A stretch of DNA of 64,000 nt from Phoronis australis (GCA_002633005.1 NMRA01000077.1:744001-808000); one strand, 5' to 3'; positions 42,033-53,885 are shown, counted from the first letter of the stretch. A program made the numbers and translations. The notes: a model not told the origin generated them from the letters alone.

Positions 42033-43611
42033 TTGCCAAATTAATGGATGATTGATAAAGAATAAAAACTGTTGTCTACAGTCTTTGTATTTTCCGAAAC
42101 TATATACTTTTGTAGAATTAATTTCTATAAAACTGAGCACAGAAGCCAATTTCCTGAAATACAATGTAAGAGAATTAACATAACGAAGATTGAAGATATG
42201 TGTAAGACCTGATAATCTTCAAAAGACTGTATCAAATACTGTCCTTGGAATTCTTTGGAGAGAAGTATTGATATTTTCACCATTAATTATCATAAAACCA
42301 TATCGAGAATATTGCCGTTCATAAATATTTGGCTTCACGTTCTTCTTTTCTTTGATTCTGGTCAATGCTATATTAATAAAGTCTCGCGCTTGAGGTTTGA
42401 GGTTGTTAAGAGCTCATGCAGTGCTTCACATAAACATATTTTATGATTGTCATGGCCAGTTTGAAACTTTTTCGAGTTCCTTCGTGATCAGTTTAAAAGT
42501 GCTCTGATTTATTTGGGAGCAAAAGGAGAGTTGCCTCGGGCAACCCCGACAGATTCAGCCTGAGAAAAAGAGGCCCCTAATATGATAGGCATGGTACTCA
42601 AATACTCTAATATGAAAGGCTGTATAAAGGAACTGGAAAAGAGTGATTACTGATCATCGGATCACCTTCCTTCCGTCACCTCCTTAACGTAACAAGTGTT
42701 CAGATTTCATCAACTGGAAAAGCGATTGCATCATTGGGGCCCCCTCCGTGAGAGGCCCTTTAAGAAAAATATAAATAAGGAAAACACTGAGGAAATGGGG
42801 AGCTACGCATGCCATCTCCGGGCCACCTCCAAGTGGTGGGATTTGTATCAAATAATACACAATTTCAAAAAAAGAAACACGTAAAATACAGCAAAAATAA
42901 ATTAATCCATTATTCCCTGATAAAAGGGTGTCGGTGTCTTTGGAAAATCACACACTTGTATTCCTTAAAAAAGTCTTTCTTGACGTTCTCTGTCCGTTTC
43001 GAAATATGTAATGCATATGAGCACGTTTTCAACTGAGCATAAAGGACTCATAATGTCAAAACTGAGGGGACATAACAACATGTCTGGGCCATTTTCCCCA
43101 AATGATAAACCCTGCACTTGCAGTCGGGAAACGTTATCTGAAAATTTCTATCTTCTACAGATTTCGCTGTGTCTGTTGTTTTTCGAGGACCACTGTCGCT
43201 CCCTCTCCAGTTAACCTAGACTATACCTACGCCACGAAATAAAAGTTTCACCTCCACGTATGCTAATTATTGAGGGCACGCTCTTTCGGTCCGCTTCTCG
43301 TTTCCTGCATCCCTGTTTGGTGCGGGGTACCGCTCTCCAACTTCATACGTGGGAAGGGGACGCTGGAGTCCATACCCATGTGCCGTGAATCGAGTGCTGT
43401 TTACAAAAATAAATTAATTATCAAAAACTGAACGGCGGTTCATTAGATAAATAATGGACGCTTTTATGCACTAGAGAATTGACTGCCGGCGAGATTTCCC
43501 TCACATCACGAGTTGGACCATCATTCCAAATTAAGGAGATACACTGACAGGTCCTAACATAAAAGGCCGAATTCCGAGGCACTAGTGTCTTTCATGTACA
43601 GCACTCTGCCT

Positions 43612-43853
43612 CACGCACACACACACACACACACNNNNNNNNNNNNNNNNNNNNNNNNNNNNNNNNNNNNNNNNNNNNNNNNNNNNNNNNNNNNNNNNNN
43701 NNNNNNNNNNNNNNNNNNNNNNNNNNNNNNNNNNNNNNNNNNNNNNNNNNNNNNNNNNNNNNNNNNNNNNNNNNNNNNNNNNNNNNNNNNNNNNNNNNNN
43801 NNNNNNNNNNNNNNNNNNNNNNNNNNNNNNNNNNNNNNNNNNNNNNNNNNNNN

Positions 43854-43886
<33 letters not shown>
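43612..43886 (+). repeat. (CA)n microsatellite spanning assembly gap 43635-43853
   Basis: CA runs on both sides of 219 N. Confidence 0.85.
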
Positions 43887-43888
<2 letters not shown>

Positions 43889-44406
43889 CAATTTTCTGAT
43901 TGTGGCAGAATTTTTGATAGGCGTGTTTGTCTCACACATTGTCTTTCAGCTCTCGTGAAAAAAAAATAAATCAATCAGATACCGATTGAATACACAGTAC
44001 ATAAAATATGTATTTCCCCGGCCTCCGGTCGTTATTACGACATTTAAGTTTTAATATCAGTCACAGTACGCACATGTCTTCTACCTCAGTAGGCTATTGC
44101 GTATGGTTCGGTTGTTGGTTACTATGGCAATTTTTTTCTCTCCAAAGCTGAAACCATCATGGTAGATACAAGCAGTGGGTAAAAGTAGAGTGATATAAAT
44201 TGGGTGATCATAAACGGAAGAGCCCCTGTCGATGACTAAAATAGAGGATGTATCTTTCACACTCAAGCAAATTTGTACAAAACAGGTAGGGAAACCCGAC
44301 ACACAGCATTTCTCAAACCTTTCCATACCATCAGTGAAATAGTTTCCATTTCCTAACGGAACACTTCAGAGAATGTCAAGAATGAAAAGAGAGTATCAAA
44401 TATTAA

Positions 44407-45169
44407 AAGTTGTGCCGAGAATGGCCACCAACTCTCTACGGCTTCATATCAGCAGATGACCTCCCAATTTCCTTTCTTGATAAGAAATTCAATTGTTTTC
44501 GTGACTTTCTGTTTAGACAATAATAGGGGAGAAATTTTCCCTTTATAAGTACTGAATTTGCCTGCCCCAATTTCATTAAAAATTGGCGCCTGCTGGGTTG
44601 GCTGGGCATTTCAAGTTAAGTTGTGTGCTGCATGTGAAGGCTACGAATGGCATTTTCTTGATTTTTGAATCTGTGAAGGATTGCCAGCTGTTGACCCCTT
44701 GACCCACTTTTTGCTCAGTCGTAGCTTTTCAATCTTTACACATCAGACACTTAAAAAAGTGTAACAATCTGTCTGGTCGTCAACACCAACTTTTCACCTA
44801 ATTTCTGTAATATGAAGAGTTTTGGCAGTGTGAATGCACTGTTTCTCAGTTCGTAGTAATTGCATGCAAACGATGGCATTTGGGTGAAAACTGCCGAATC
44901 GGCGTGTTTTTGTTCGTTTTTTCAAGTAGTCAGCTGCTCTTCCGGTAGTCGTAAAAATGGAAAATTGGTGACTTTCAAATCACTTTTAATAGACTTTGTG
45001 AAAGGTTATCGGCATCTTTGGACCGGTATGCTGTTCATATTTTCAAGTTTTGTACTGACAGGACCTGGCTTTTCAAGCCCAATGATCAAGAAAAATTGTG
45101 ACTTTAAAGACATGAGTTTGGTCTTACGCTCGACGTAACAATTTCTGAAAAAATAATTCAAAAATTACT
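44407..45169. mobile_element. Probable ~760-bp insertion at a TTAA-like site
   Basis: Flanked by TTAA (44403-44406) and TTAG (45170-45173). Removing it rejoins a minus-strand reading frame. Confidence 0.35.
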
Positions 45170-48100
45170 TTAGCAAAAGAATGAAGTATCTAAGAACATA
45201 CCCATAATTGTTATTTACTGAAGAGATATTTTGTACAAATTATTTCTAGGCAGTGATGTGCTGATAATTACACGACTACACATTTATTCTGTAATTGTGA
45301 CGTGGGACCGTAAGACTTTAGTCTGAAGTCACTTTTCAACAGAACCTGAACACACTGCTATTTTCATCAAAGTGACAAGCTGTTTCCCGTAGAGTTTTTC
45401 CTTATCAATTCAAAGCTGGAACTTGCTAAGAACTTATCCACGTTCGATGAATAATTTTTGTGCTAATCACCCAATCATTTTCTGTAATATCTGGGTTAAT
45501 TGTGTCATAAAGAGGTTTGAAGCGACATAGACGACTAGGCAGCTTCGAATATTGAAAAACGGAACAGTTAATTTGTGTTCACCTTGTGATAGAATTGGGC
45601 AATAAAAACAACAACAAAAAGACAACAACCACACAAAATCAGTTTAATGTAAGATCAAGATGGCGTGATTTATGGTATTCTTTTATAGCAATGATAAAAA
45701 CGTAATCTCTGCAGAATAAGAAACTGACTTAAGTTCATTTTTACTTAAGTCTAAGATTTGTCTCAAGTTCCAAACTTTGAAACTTCCACTGACAGGTAGC
45801 TGGGATACAACAGTGGATTCAATGAACTGGAGCTAGTCGCTGGTCAGCTCAGCAATGATTCACGTGAGACAGGCAGCTTAGCTCCTGCCTATTCCTCTGC
45901 GCTGGCTCTAAGGTCAAGATTCATTTTATTATGGCCATTCTTTGAAGGAATTTTTTGGAAAGGTGAGGTCCCGAGGTCCCTGGTATGAGTGCTTTTGAGG
46001 CCGTTTCAAAATCTCTTGATGAAACACAGCCAGTTAGTCCAGTTCCTTGTGGCTTGGGGAAATGATACAGAGTGAGTCCCAAAATGTACACACTTCAACG
46101 ACTGGAGTTCAAATTCAACTCCCGTGTATCACTGAGATTCTGCGCAGGACCACTGCATGGTTACACCTTATTTTTATCGTGGGTGCGTCAGTCATCACGT
46201 GCTCCGTGTGCGTGGTATGCACAGAAAGGGAAAGCTAATGATTCAGTTTTGAAGAAAATTCATTGCGCAATACTATTGGAAACTAACAACATCAAGGAAG
46301 TGCAAAGAGAACCTTTCCAAGTTGATAAGCAATAAATTTAATTTTATTTATTTAAATACTTGAACTTCTTTTTCGATCTACGGTTTGTGAAATTAAACCC
46401 ACTAATCTATTTCCTAAGTCAATAAACAATTTATTATCATTTGCATTGTGAGAAAATTTTAGGACACTTTGTACAGCCGTCCGACATTCATCAATATCTT
46501 TGAGACTTATTTCAGATAGACAAATCAAATCGTTTAGTGTACTCTTATATTTGGGGATCTGATGATAGATCGAATTTTCCCAATATCTGTCTGCAACTAA
46601 GATCATTGAAGCACTGTCATTTCTTACAAGATTAGCTTCTAATTGTAAAAAAAATCACCCGTCAATCAGCCCATTTTCGTAGATGCATAAACATGTAATT
46701 CAGAAACCGGCAATCAAATTGATGACTAATGCGTTTACCTTGATTTAATGACTCTTAATTCCTATTTGATCCCCTGTTGATGAGTTTAAATGTTCAAAAG
46801 TCAATTTCAAAAAAATTCCCAAGAATACACTGGCACGTTTAGTAAGAATTTAAACGACAAATCTTGTACCGAAGTCAAAAAGCAATGCACTTATTGTTAT
46901 TTGAATTGTAATTTTTTGGGAATTGTCCAAATTTCATCATTGTCTTTGAAAGTTATTTTAGATAGGCAAGAAGCGTCCAAGTCCACTTTACTATTTGAGG
47001 ATCTGATTATAGAGTTTTTTCCATATTCAGGTTTCAACTAAATTTAATGAAACGTCATAATTTCTTAAGATTTTAGCTTCTACTTGCCAAAAATCATTTA
47101 TTAACAAGGCTGTCGGTTTTCGTAGATACATAAACATGTAAATTAGAAACCGACGAATTTGTTTATCAAAGCGTAATGTTATAACCAATTTCCACAGGCA
47201 TGATCGCAGACTTTTGTCGAGTAACCCGAGGAACATGGGACATTCATAGTAAGGTGTATTTTTGCTCATTTCTGAAGTACTTATAACAGTTCGCTAGGTT
47301 AACTTAAAGTACAAAAAAAACGCTGATATATTTGTTTACTGTTGCGAGTATTTTGAGTGTTCCCGTTCGTAAACGGTCATCACAAATCGTAGCCCACAGT
47401 GTTTTCGACATTAATCGTGAATTCATTACGAACAGTTCAGAGTAATGACCTTCAAAAGAAATACTATTCTTGTGATACTATAGGAAAAATATAACATTAT
47501 TAATGACTAACCATCGGAAGTAGCCTTTTTGTGTAATTCACAAATGGTGATCTTCACGTTCTTCAAAATTCTAACTTTTTAATAGTGGTCAATCCTATTG
47601 TAATTTTCAACATTTTTGTTGTTTGGGTCGAATGTTTTGATACTGCTGTGCTGTGCACGGTTGTTTTGTATTTTTGATGAATTTGGAATCTCAACTTCCC
47701 CTCGTGAATACTTAGCAGTGTCGGATTTACATGTATAGAGGCACACCCAAACCGCCCCACCGAGAGGGGGCGCCGTCTGAATTGATGAAAGGCTACACAT
47801 CATTAAGTTTGGAAAGGAGTGACAGTTCACTCCATTGTCGGGTGACCTTGCTAGAAGTGACTTTCCTCAGCATTAAAGCCGGTTGTACAATTTCACACAA
47901 GAGAATTTGCCAATCAAAACGCGAAAAGGGTGGCCACTTCAATGTCATCAATAGTCCTCTTCAAGAGTTGGGCCATTAAATATGAAAAGATCTATAATTT
48001 CAAAAGTCAGGACATGCGCAGGAAATGATGTTGTCTGTCAGGCCATCAATTTTCTCAAGTGATACACTTTACACAATTTAGAGAAAGAAAAACACGAAAA

Positions 48101-51100
48101 AATAGAGCGACAGTTGTCTAGTTTGTTATCCTTTGCTAGAGAATGGCCTCTGGAAAATACAATTTTGCATTTCTGCATTTGCAAAATTATCTTATTGAAT
48201 CTAAAAATCTACTGAATTAATATGCTCCGCAAAAGCTTCGCTTTACGGGTTTTCTCGATTTTTCTAAATACATGTATGAATGACAAAGTGCACGTTTTCA
48301 AGTGTGTTTAGACAACCTACATGTATGCAGCAAAAACGGAGACCCAAACAAAAATGTCCTGGCCAGGGCCCTAAAGGGCACACCATGCACTGATACTGAG
48401 TTATCAAATGTTCTCTTGAATTTTCTCTCTCATCCGTATTCACAGTCTTTCTTTCCTTGACTGTCCCCGGCCCGAAGCCTACGTCGGTCATGTTCGCACC
48501 CCGAATGGGGGGGGGGGCTCGGGGGGCGAATTAGGCAAAAATGTCCGCCGGGCCTCAGCGAAACAAAGCGTTCGAGTAAGGCCGGAGACGAAAGTCCACA
48601 AAGCCCACATGAATTCGGTGCGGATGCACAATAATCCGTAGGCCTGAACCTAGTCGCCCGGATTTTTTTAGCGTCCTCGTAGATTTTTTTCAGTAAAAAG
48701 TCCGCATACCCAAAAATTCGAGCAACTCTATATTTTAGGCTGTGTGTGCGCATGTCGGTTGCCATGGCTTAACCCTGATGCCTGCAATTTTTNNNNNNNN
48801 NNNNNNNNNNNNNNNNNNNNNNNNNNNNNNNNTTTATTTACTTGACTTCGGAACAAGAGTTGAGAACTTGAGAGGTCTTCAAAAAGGTTGAAAAATAAAA
48901 CACTAAAAACCAGCGGGAAATTTTTGCTCCGAAATTTCGCCAGTTTTCGAGAACTAAAAATATCGTCAACTTATTTGGGTTTTCATCTATTGCCCAGTCT
49001 TTCAAATTATATTCAACATTATGAACATCGCCAACGAGAAGATTTGTAATGTGACGGCTTTAGTGGCTGTTGGCATGTTTTCTCCATCTGGAGTTTCGCT
49101 TGTGGGCTCAGACTCCCCTGGATCGAAAATATGCAGAGCTATTCACCAAAGAATTTCAACATTTTCTGGGTCCTCGAGATTGAATGTTTCCGCACGTTTT
49201 GTTGAATTCATTGATCTCACCAATGTCTTCAAAATCGCTATAGCTCTCAGCGGCTACTCTCGCTGTCATAGTAGTAACGTCCGTCCATCACGACGTAGAC
49301 GTATTTGGATTTTGTGACCAAAGTGTGAAAAGTCGAGCCTTAGTTTTTCTCGTCATACTGCGCGTGAGCCATTCGTTATATAAGATGTGTAGCGCCGCCT
49401 TGGTCTCCACATTGTCACGGAGAGTCTACAGGACAGGTTAACAGTTCCCTTGTACACGCACTCCGTCAAGCTGCCGCCGTGGGTGCGACGAAATTTCTGT
49501 TGCCAACCAGTTCCCCACGTACGCAGGGACCCCAGAGACTTTATTTGGTTAACTACATCCCCATGTCTTTGGTTGTGAATAAGTTTTTGATGTTACAATT
49601 TAAGTGAGCGGCTAATGACCTCATCAAGAAGCCACGCTATCCGGCAGTACACTCTTGAGACACCAGCAGATAGTGAACTTCACTGTCTCTAATGGACGTA
49701 ATTTTGAAATTCCAGGATTCTAAATCTGTATCCGTTACCGTGTCATAAGTTTTCGTGAAACAAGGGGCCTGCGCTCAGTTTTCGTCTAAAAATTAAAGAT
49801 GACGTAATTCATGCCATTTACTACGAACGTTTTTTTCGGCACAGAACGGAGTTTCTGAGGTGGGGTCGCCAGAGAGTACTCAGTGTGACAAGTTAACGCC
49901 AGGGGTAAAAGAAGAAATTACACGCTTTTGTTGACCAACAATACTATTGAATTTATCATGTCTAAACGACAATTGGATCCTTTTTCCACGACTTTCTTCG
50001 AACGGTGCGTTGTTAATCATTATAGCTGTAGTGGACTATCCACGTAGTAGTCACCTAGCAATGTCTTTAACTTCCTGAACCCGAGTTTGGCGAATACGGC
50101 ACCTATTTAATATTTATAAACCAAAACGTGTTCCACAACGAAACGAACGATTATCTGTGATAAGGGTGCGAAACATCCTAAAGCCGCATATCTTTGCATT
50201 CTTTAACAATAATCGTGGAGCAGATTTTTCGGGTGCATTAAACGTTTTCCAATTTTTGTTAGAAAATGCAAGGACACCAGGCTTTGGGGATTTTTTTGTA
50301 ACCGGATCAAAGGTCAACTGATCCGCAAGAAATCAAACAAAACTCCAGTTCATTTCAATTAAGTCTATTTCCAAAATACATACAATCCATTTGATCTCTT
50401 AATAAACCATGTGACACATTGCACATTTCTAAGGTCAAGATTTGACAAAACAAATTCAGATCTCTTATCCAAATTGGCGTCTACAATAAAATATGATTTT
50501 TGAAATTATTTCACTAGCTTTTGCTATGATTGCAATAATCAGTATGCTATGATAATGCCCCGATCACACACCAGACTGTACTTGGCTCTCCAATACTGAG
50601 TTCTATCCTGATGCCTACTAGGATTGGGTGAGTTTTTATCAGATCAATAGTTGCCATTGTAAACTTTAGGAGCCATCACAAACTGCATGCTCCCAATAAT
50701 CACCTGATATTACCGACATGTCTGCTGCCAGCTCATGAGAATGGGAACCTCCATGTGTCTGAGGCATAAGTTCAAATACATACAGTAATTTGATTCATTT
50801 GTAAACTCCTGAAATGAGAACTACTCCACACTTCTCCAGCATCACAAACCTACACCCTGCCGCACTTCCTACATTACAAATTTGTTGGTATTGCATATCC
50901 CTACAAGCTACCTTCACTGATTTATTAAAAATCTTGCACAACAAACTATGTGACGGAACATTAAAGGCGAAGGCAACCTTTTTCCATGTCATTTTGAGCT
51001 AAAATAAGGTTGGCTGGTTATCCTAGACATATTTTCTACTTAATTACAGCTTTTCATAATTTTATTAATTACTCGTCCGCTACTCCGGAAGTGACGTTTT

Positions 51101-51230
51101 AGGAGGCAAGCATTTTGCGCCAATTTCTTTTCATATAGTCTGACTGTGAGAGCTGCCGAGTCAGTCATTGTTCTACCTCGGTTGTGTTAAGTTCCGTCGT
51201 AGTTTGCTTTCAATTACTAGTCAGTCAACA

Positions 51231-51532
51231 TGTCACTGTTGCTGCGTACCAGGATGTACTAATTATCAGCTCACGCGCGCCTTGGGAGTACCTTTGCATC
51301 GCTTTCCGATGGATGACACACTTCGCCGTACTTGGCTCGTTCGTGTGAAGAACGCAGCGTTACCGGTCCACGCAATGTACAAAGCAGTGGAGAATTACCG
51401 TTTGTGTGGCATGCACTTTCTGCCGTCCGATTACGAAAGGGATTTGTACGCTGAACTGATGAAGGTCCCTGCGAAACAACGTCTGAAGAAGGATGCTATT
51501 CCGTCTGTGTTGATTCCTGGCAGTGCCCCGTC
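51231..51532 (+). pseudogene. THAP zinc-finger domain (N-terminus of Kolobok transposase), truncated by gap
   Basis: CCVPGCTNY...LHRFPMDDTLRRTWLVRV...RLCGMHFLPSDY...RLKKDAIPSV is a canonical C2CH THAP with an AVPT-like box. The nearest ATG (51230) is 1 nt out of frame, suggesting a frameshift or sequencing error. Confidence 0.85.
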
Positions 51533-52160
51533 NNNNNNNNNNNNNNNNNNNNNNNNNNNNNNNNNNNNNNNNNNNNNNNNNNNNNNNNNNNNNNNNNNNN
51601 NNNNNNNNNNNNNNNNNNNNNNNNNNNNNNNNNNNNNNNNNNNNNNNNNNNNNNNNNNNNNNNNNNNNNNNNNNNNNNNNNNNNNNNNNNNNNNNNNNNN
51701 NNNNNNNNNNNNNNNNNNNNNNNNNNNNNNNNNNNNNNNNNNNNNNNNNNNNNNNNNNNNNNNNNNNNNNNNNNNNNNNNNNNNNNNNNNNNNNNNNNNN
51801 NNNNNNNNNNNNNNNNNNNNNNNNNNNNNNNNNNNNNNNNNNNNNNNNNNNNNNNNNNNNNNNNNNNNNNNNNNNNNNNNNNNNNNNNNNNNNNNNNNNN
51901 NNNNNNNNNNNNNNNNNNNNNNNNNNNNNNNNNNNNNNNNNNNNNNNNNNNNNNNNNNNNNNNNNNNNNNNNNNNNNNNNNNNNNNNNNNNNNNNNNNNN
52001 NNNNNNNNNNNNNNNNNNNNNNNNNNNNNNNNNNNNNNNNNNNNNNNNNNNNNNNNNNNNNNNNNNNNNNNNNNNNNNNNNNNNNNNNNNNNNNNNNNNN
52101 NNNNNNNNNNNNNNNNNNNNNNNNNNNNNNNNNNNNNNNNNNNNNNNNNNNNNNNNNNNN

Positions 52161-52304
52161 GTACTCTGCCTCGTTATACTCGGGCTCAAACATGTACCCA
52201 CCCACTGAATGTCCGTGAAAAAATTCCTCGTCACCACTGCTGTGAACAAGGTCTCCGTCACTCACACTACTGTCACTGTGATAAGGGTCACTGACTCCAG
52301 CCAT
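52161..52304 (-). CDS. KolX / P2X7 C-terminal-like accessory protein, N-terminal fragment
   Basis: MAGVSDPYHSDSSVSDGDLVHSSGDEEFFHGHSVGGYMFEPEYNEAEY is an acidic leader plus the YMFEP motif. The homologous copy at 7015-7262 continues into WCxxxxCxxMPTxxECxCC. Confidence 0.7.
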
Positions 52305-52638
52305 TTTCAGCTTACAACACACTAAACAATCCCTAAATCCAACGTAGTTGAGTTCTCTACTAACCTATCTTGCCGCAGAATACTCGCCGATGGAAAGTGG
52401 TGGCGACAATTGTTGAAAAACAGCACAAAACAAAAGTGGAATAGAACAGATTCGCACGGTAAAGTCAACGCAAAACCAAGTCGCGGGAAACGCTTGCCTC
52501 CTAAAACGTCACTTCCGGAGTAGCGGACGAGTACTTTATAAAATTACGAAAAGCTGTAATTAAGTGGAAAATATGTCTAGAATAACCAACCAACCTTATT
52601 TTAGCTCAAAATGACATGGAAAAAGGTTGCCTTCGCCT

Positions 52639-52752
52639 TTAAGCATTGTCTCCGGTGCTACAACAAACAATGTGAAGGAACATTAAGCATTGACTCCCCT
52701 GGTACAACAAACTATGTGAAGGAACATTAAGCATTGTCTCCCCTGCTACAAC
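52639..52752 (+). repeat. 44-bp tandem repeat (target of the Kolobok insertion; first half-unit at 50940-50964)
   Basis: Unit caacaaactatgtgaaggaacaTTAAgcattgtctcccctgcta. About 2.5 units follow the element and a half unit precedes it. Confidence 0.85.
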
Positions 52753-53456
52753 AGTGGCTAATCTATTCATAACTGCCATGCACCTTACCACATTCAACTT
52801 TCTTTGTGAATTGTGAAACTCATATAGTGCTTTTAGGCAATAGAGAGAAACTGGAGATTAAAAAACATTAAACCAGACACTTAAATCAATACTGCTCTTT
52901 ATTATCACAGACTCTTATTATTCAAAAATTAAAGTTTGGGCCAGAAAAGAATAGTTGGTTCATGTCTGTATCCCCCACTCATTTCAAGAACTGCACTCAC
53001 CAACCAGATAATCCAAAAAATGTCGGACTGCATTAATTTTGTAAAAAGCTGCACAAAGACATGTGTATTGTAAGCAAGGTTTGACAGGCCATAAATGTGT
53101 ATTGTAAGCAAGGTTTGACAGGTCATAAATTCACAAGGGAGGAGTAAAGAACAAATTCAGCATCACTTTGCTCACCTCAGATGCTTTTATTTTGAAAATG
53201 TGAGCAGCTTAAAAAAAAAACTGCACCATGGACTCAACTGTCCAAAAAAACACAGACCAGATCCAACTATGCTTTTCTCCTCAACAGCTTTAAGCAATTC
53301 ATCTCGTTTTGGCACAAGGATCACTGTTCAGCATGTCAAGAAAAATAATTGGTGTTAAGCTGCAACCATCATCAGGATAGTTGTACCAGCTATAACCACC
53401 CTACTTTCCATACTCAAACACCATTCTATTCTGAATTTGTTTCAAGGGGCCACTTT

Positions 53457-53885
53457 TCACATTTCATATTCTTGCAAAATTTGTAACTCTAATGTAAAAT
53501 TGTACTCAAAGTCACGCATGTTTGAACAGGGTAAAGTCAGAGCACCATCAACCTTGTTTAGCGACAGACTGCTCTCTAATACTGGAGACAGTTTAAATGG
53601 TATTCCAGCCACTATTGACCAGGATGAGCTATCTGCATTGAATTCATGTGATAAATGATTAGTAGCCACTGCTTCATCCGATTGTCCTAAAGAGGTTATG
53701 CGTTCATGGTTAGTCCGCCAAGATGGCATGCCCTGAGCCTCCCTGTATGTTGGTAAAACAGTGTCTCTGCCAGACTGCAGTGATGGGCTACTGACATTGT
53801 TCATGTAGTTAATATAGGCACTTGTTTGAGCACCTGGGTATTGAGGCTGAGGCTGTCTGAAGGGGTTGTGGTAGTTCACTGGAAC
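53457..53885 (-). CDS. UMAD1: UMAD1 terminal coding exon with UMA domain
   Basis: Acceptor ttcattcattgtag|GTT, in frame with the previous exon. The C-terminus IVAGIPFKLSPVL...DFEYNFTLELQILQEYEM* matches the UMA domain (human LSDVPFTLAPHVL...FWYDFTLENSVL). Minus-strand AATAAA signals lie downstream at 53186-53191 and 52898-52903. Confidence 0.9.
   Translation of the reverse strand, partial: VPVNYHNPFRQPQPQYPGAQTSAYINYMNNVSSPSLQSGRDTVLPTYREAQGMPSWRTNHERITSLGQSDEAVATNHLSHEFNADSSSWSIVAGIPFKLSPVLESSLSLNKVDGALTLPCSNMRDFEYNFTLELQILQEYEM

Larger units (their letters stand above)
41005..48752. mobile_element. Candidate large ancient element bounded by ~270-bp degenerate inverted repeats
   Basis: 41005-41275 vs the reverse complement of 48465-48752 share tgcgc.cac.cagcct..aatat, gctcgaattt, atgcgga, gtggacttt.gtctc, tgttt..ctgagg, gcggac.tttttg and gggtgcg..catg. 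The interior carries decayed minus-strand reading frames. Confidence 0.4.
50965..52638. mobile_element. Kolobok-superfamily DNA transposon (147-bp TIRs, TTAA TSD)
   Basis: Near-identical inverted repeats at 50965-51111 and 52492-52638 begin AGGCGAAGGCAACC. TTAA flanks both ends (50961-50964, 52639-52642). AG...CT termini; convergent THAP and KolX-like ORFs; centre hidden by a 628-N gap. Confidence 0.88.

Noticed and set aside
43582-43974. ORFs spanning the CA repeat and gap
   Set aside because: Microsatellite plus Ns.
48769-48792. piggyBac-like terminus TTAACCCTGATGCCTGC
   Set aside because: Runs into a gap, and no matching opposite end was found downstream.
48930-49270. Acidic decayed minus-strand frame vaguely like a Crypton/transposase N-terminus
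   Set aside because: Multiple stops and frameshifts with no diagnostic motif, so I cannot support a family call.
51231-51532. THAP ORF as a domesticated host THAP gene
   Set aside because: It lies between near-identical TIRs with a TSD and lacks an in-frame ATG, so it belongs to the transposon.
51168-52322. 231-346-aa ORFs in the ORF track
   Set aside because: Lengths are artefacts of reading through 628 N. Only the THAP and KolX-like segments are supported.
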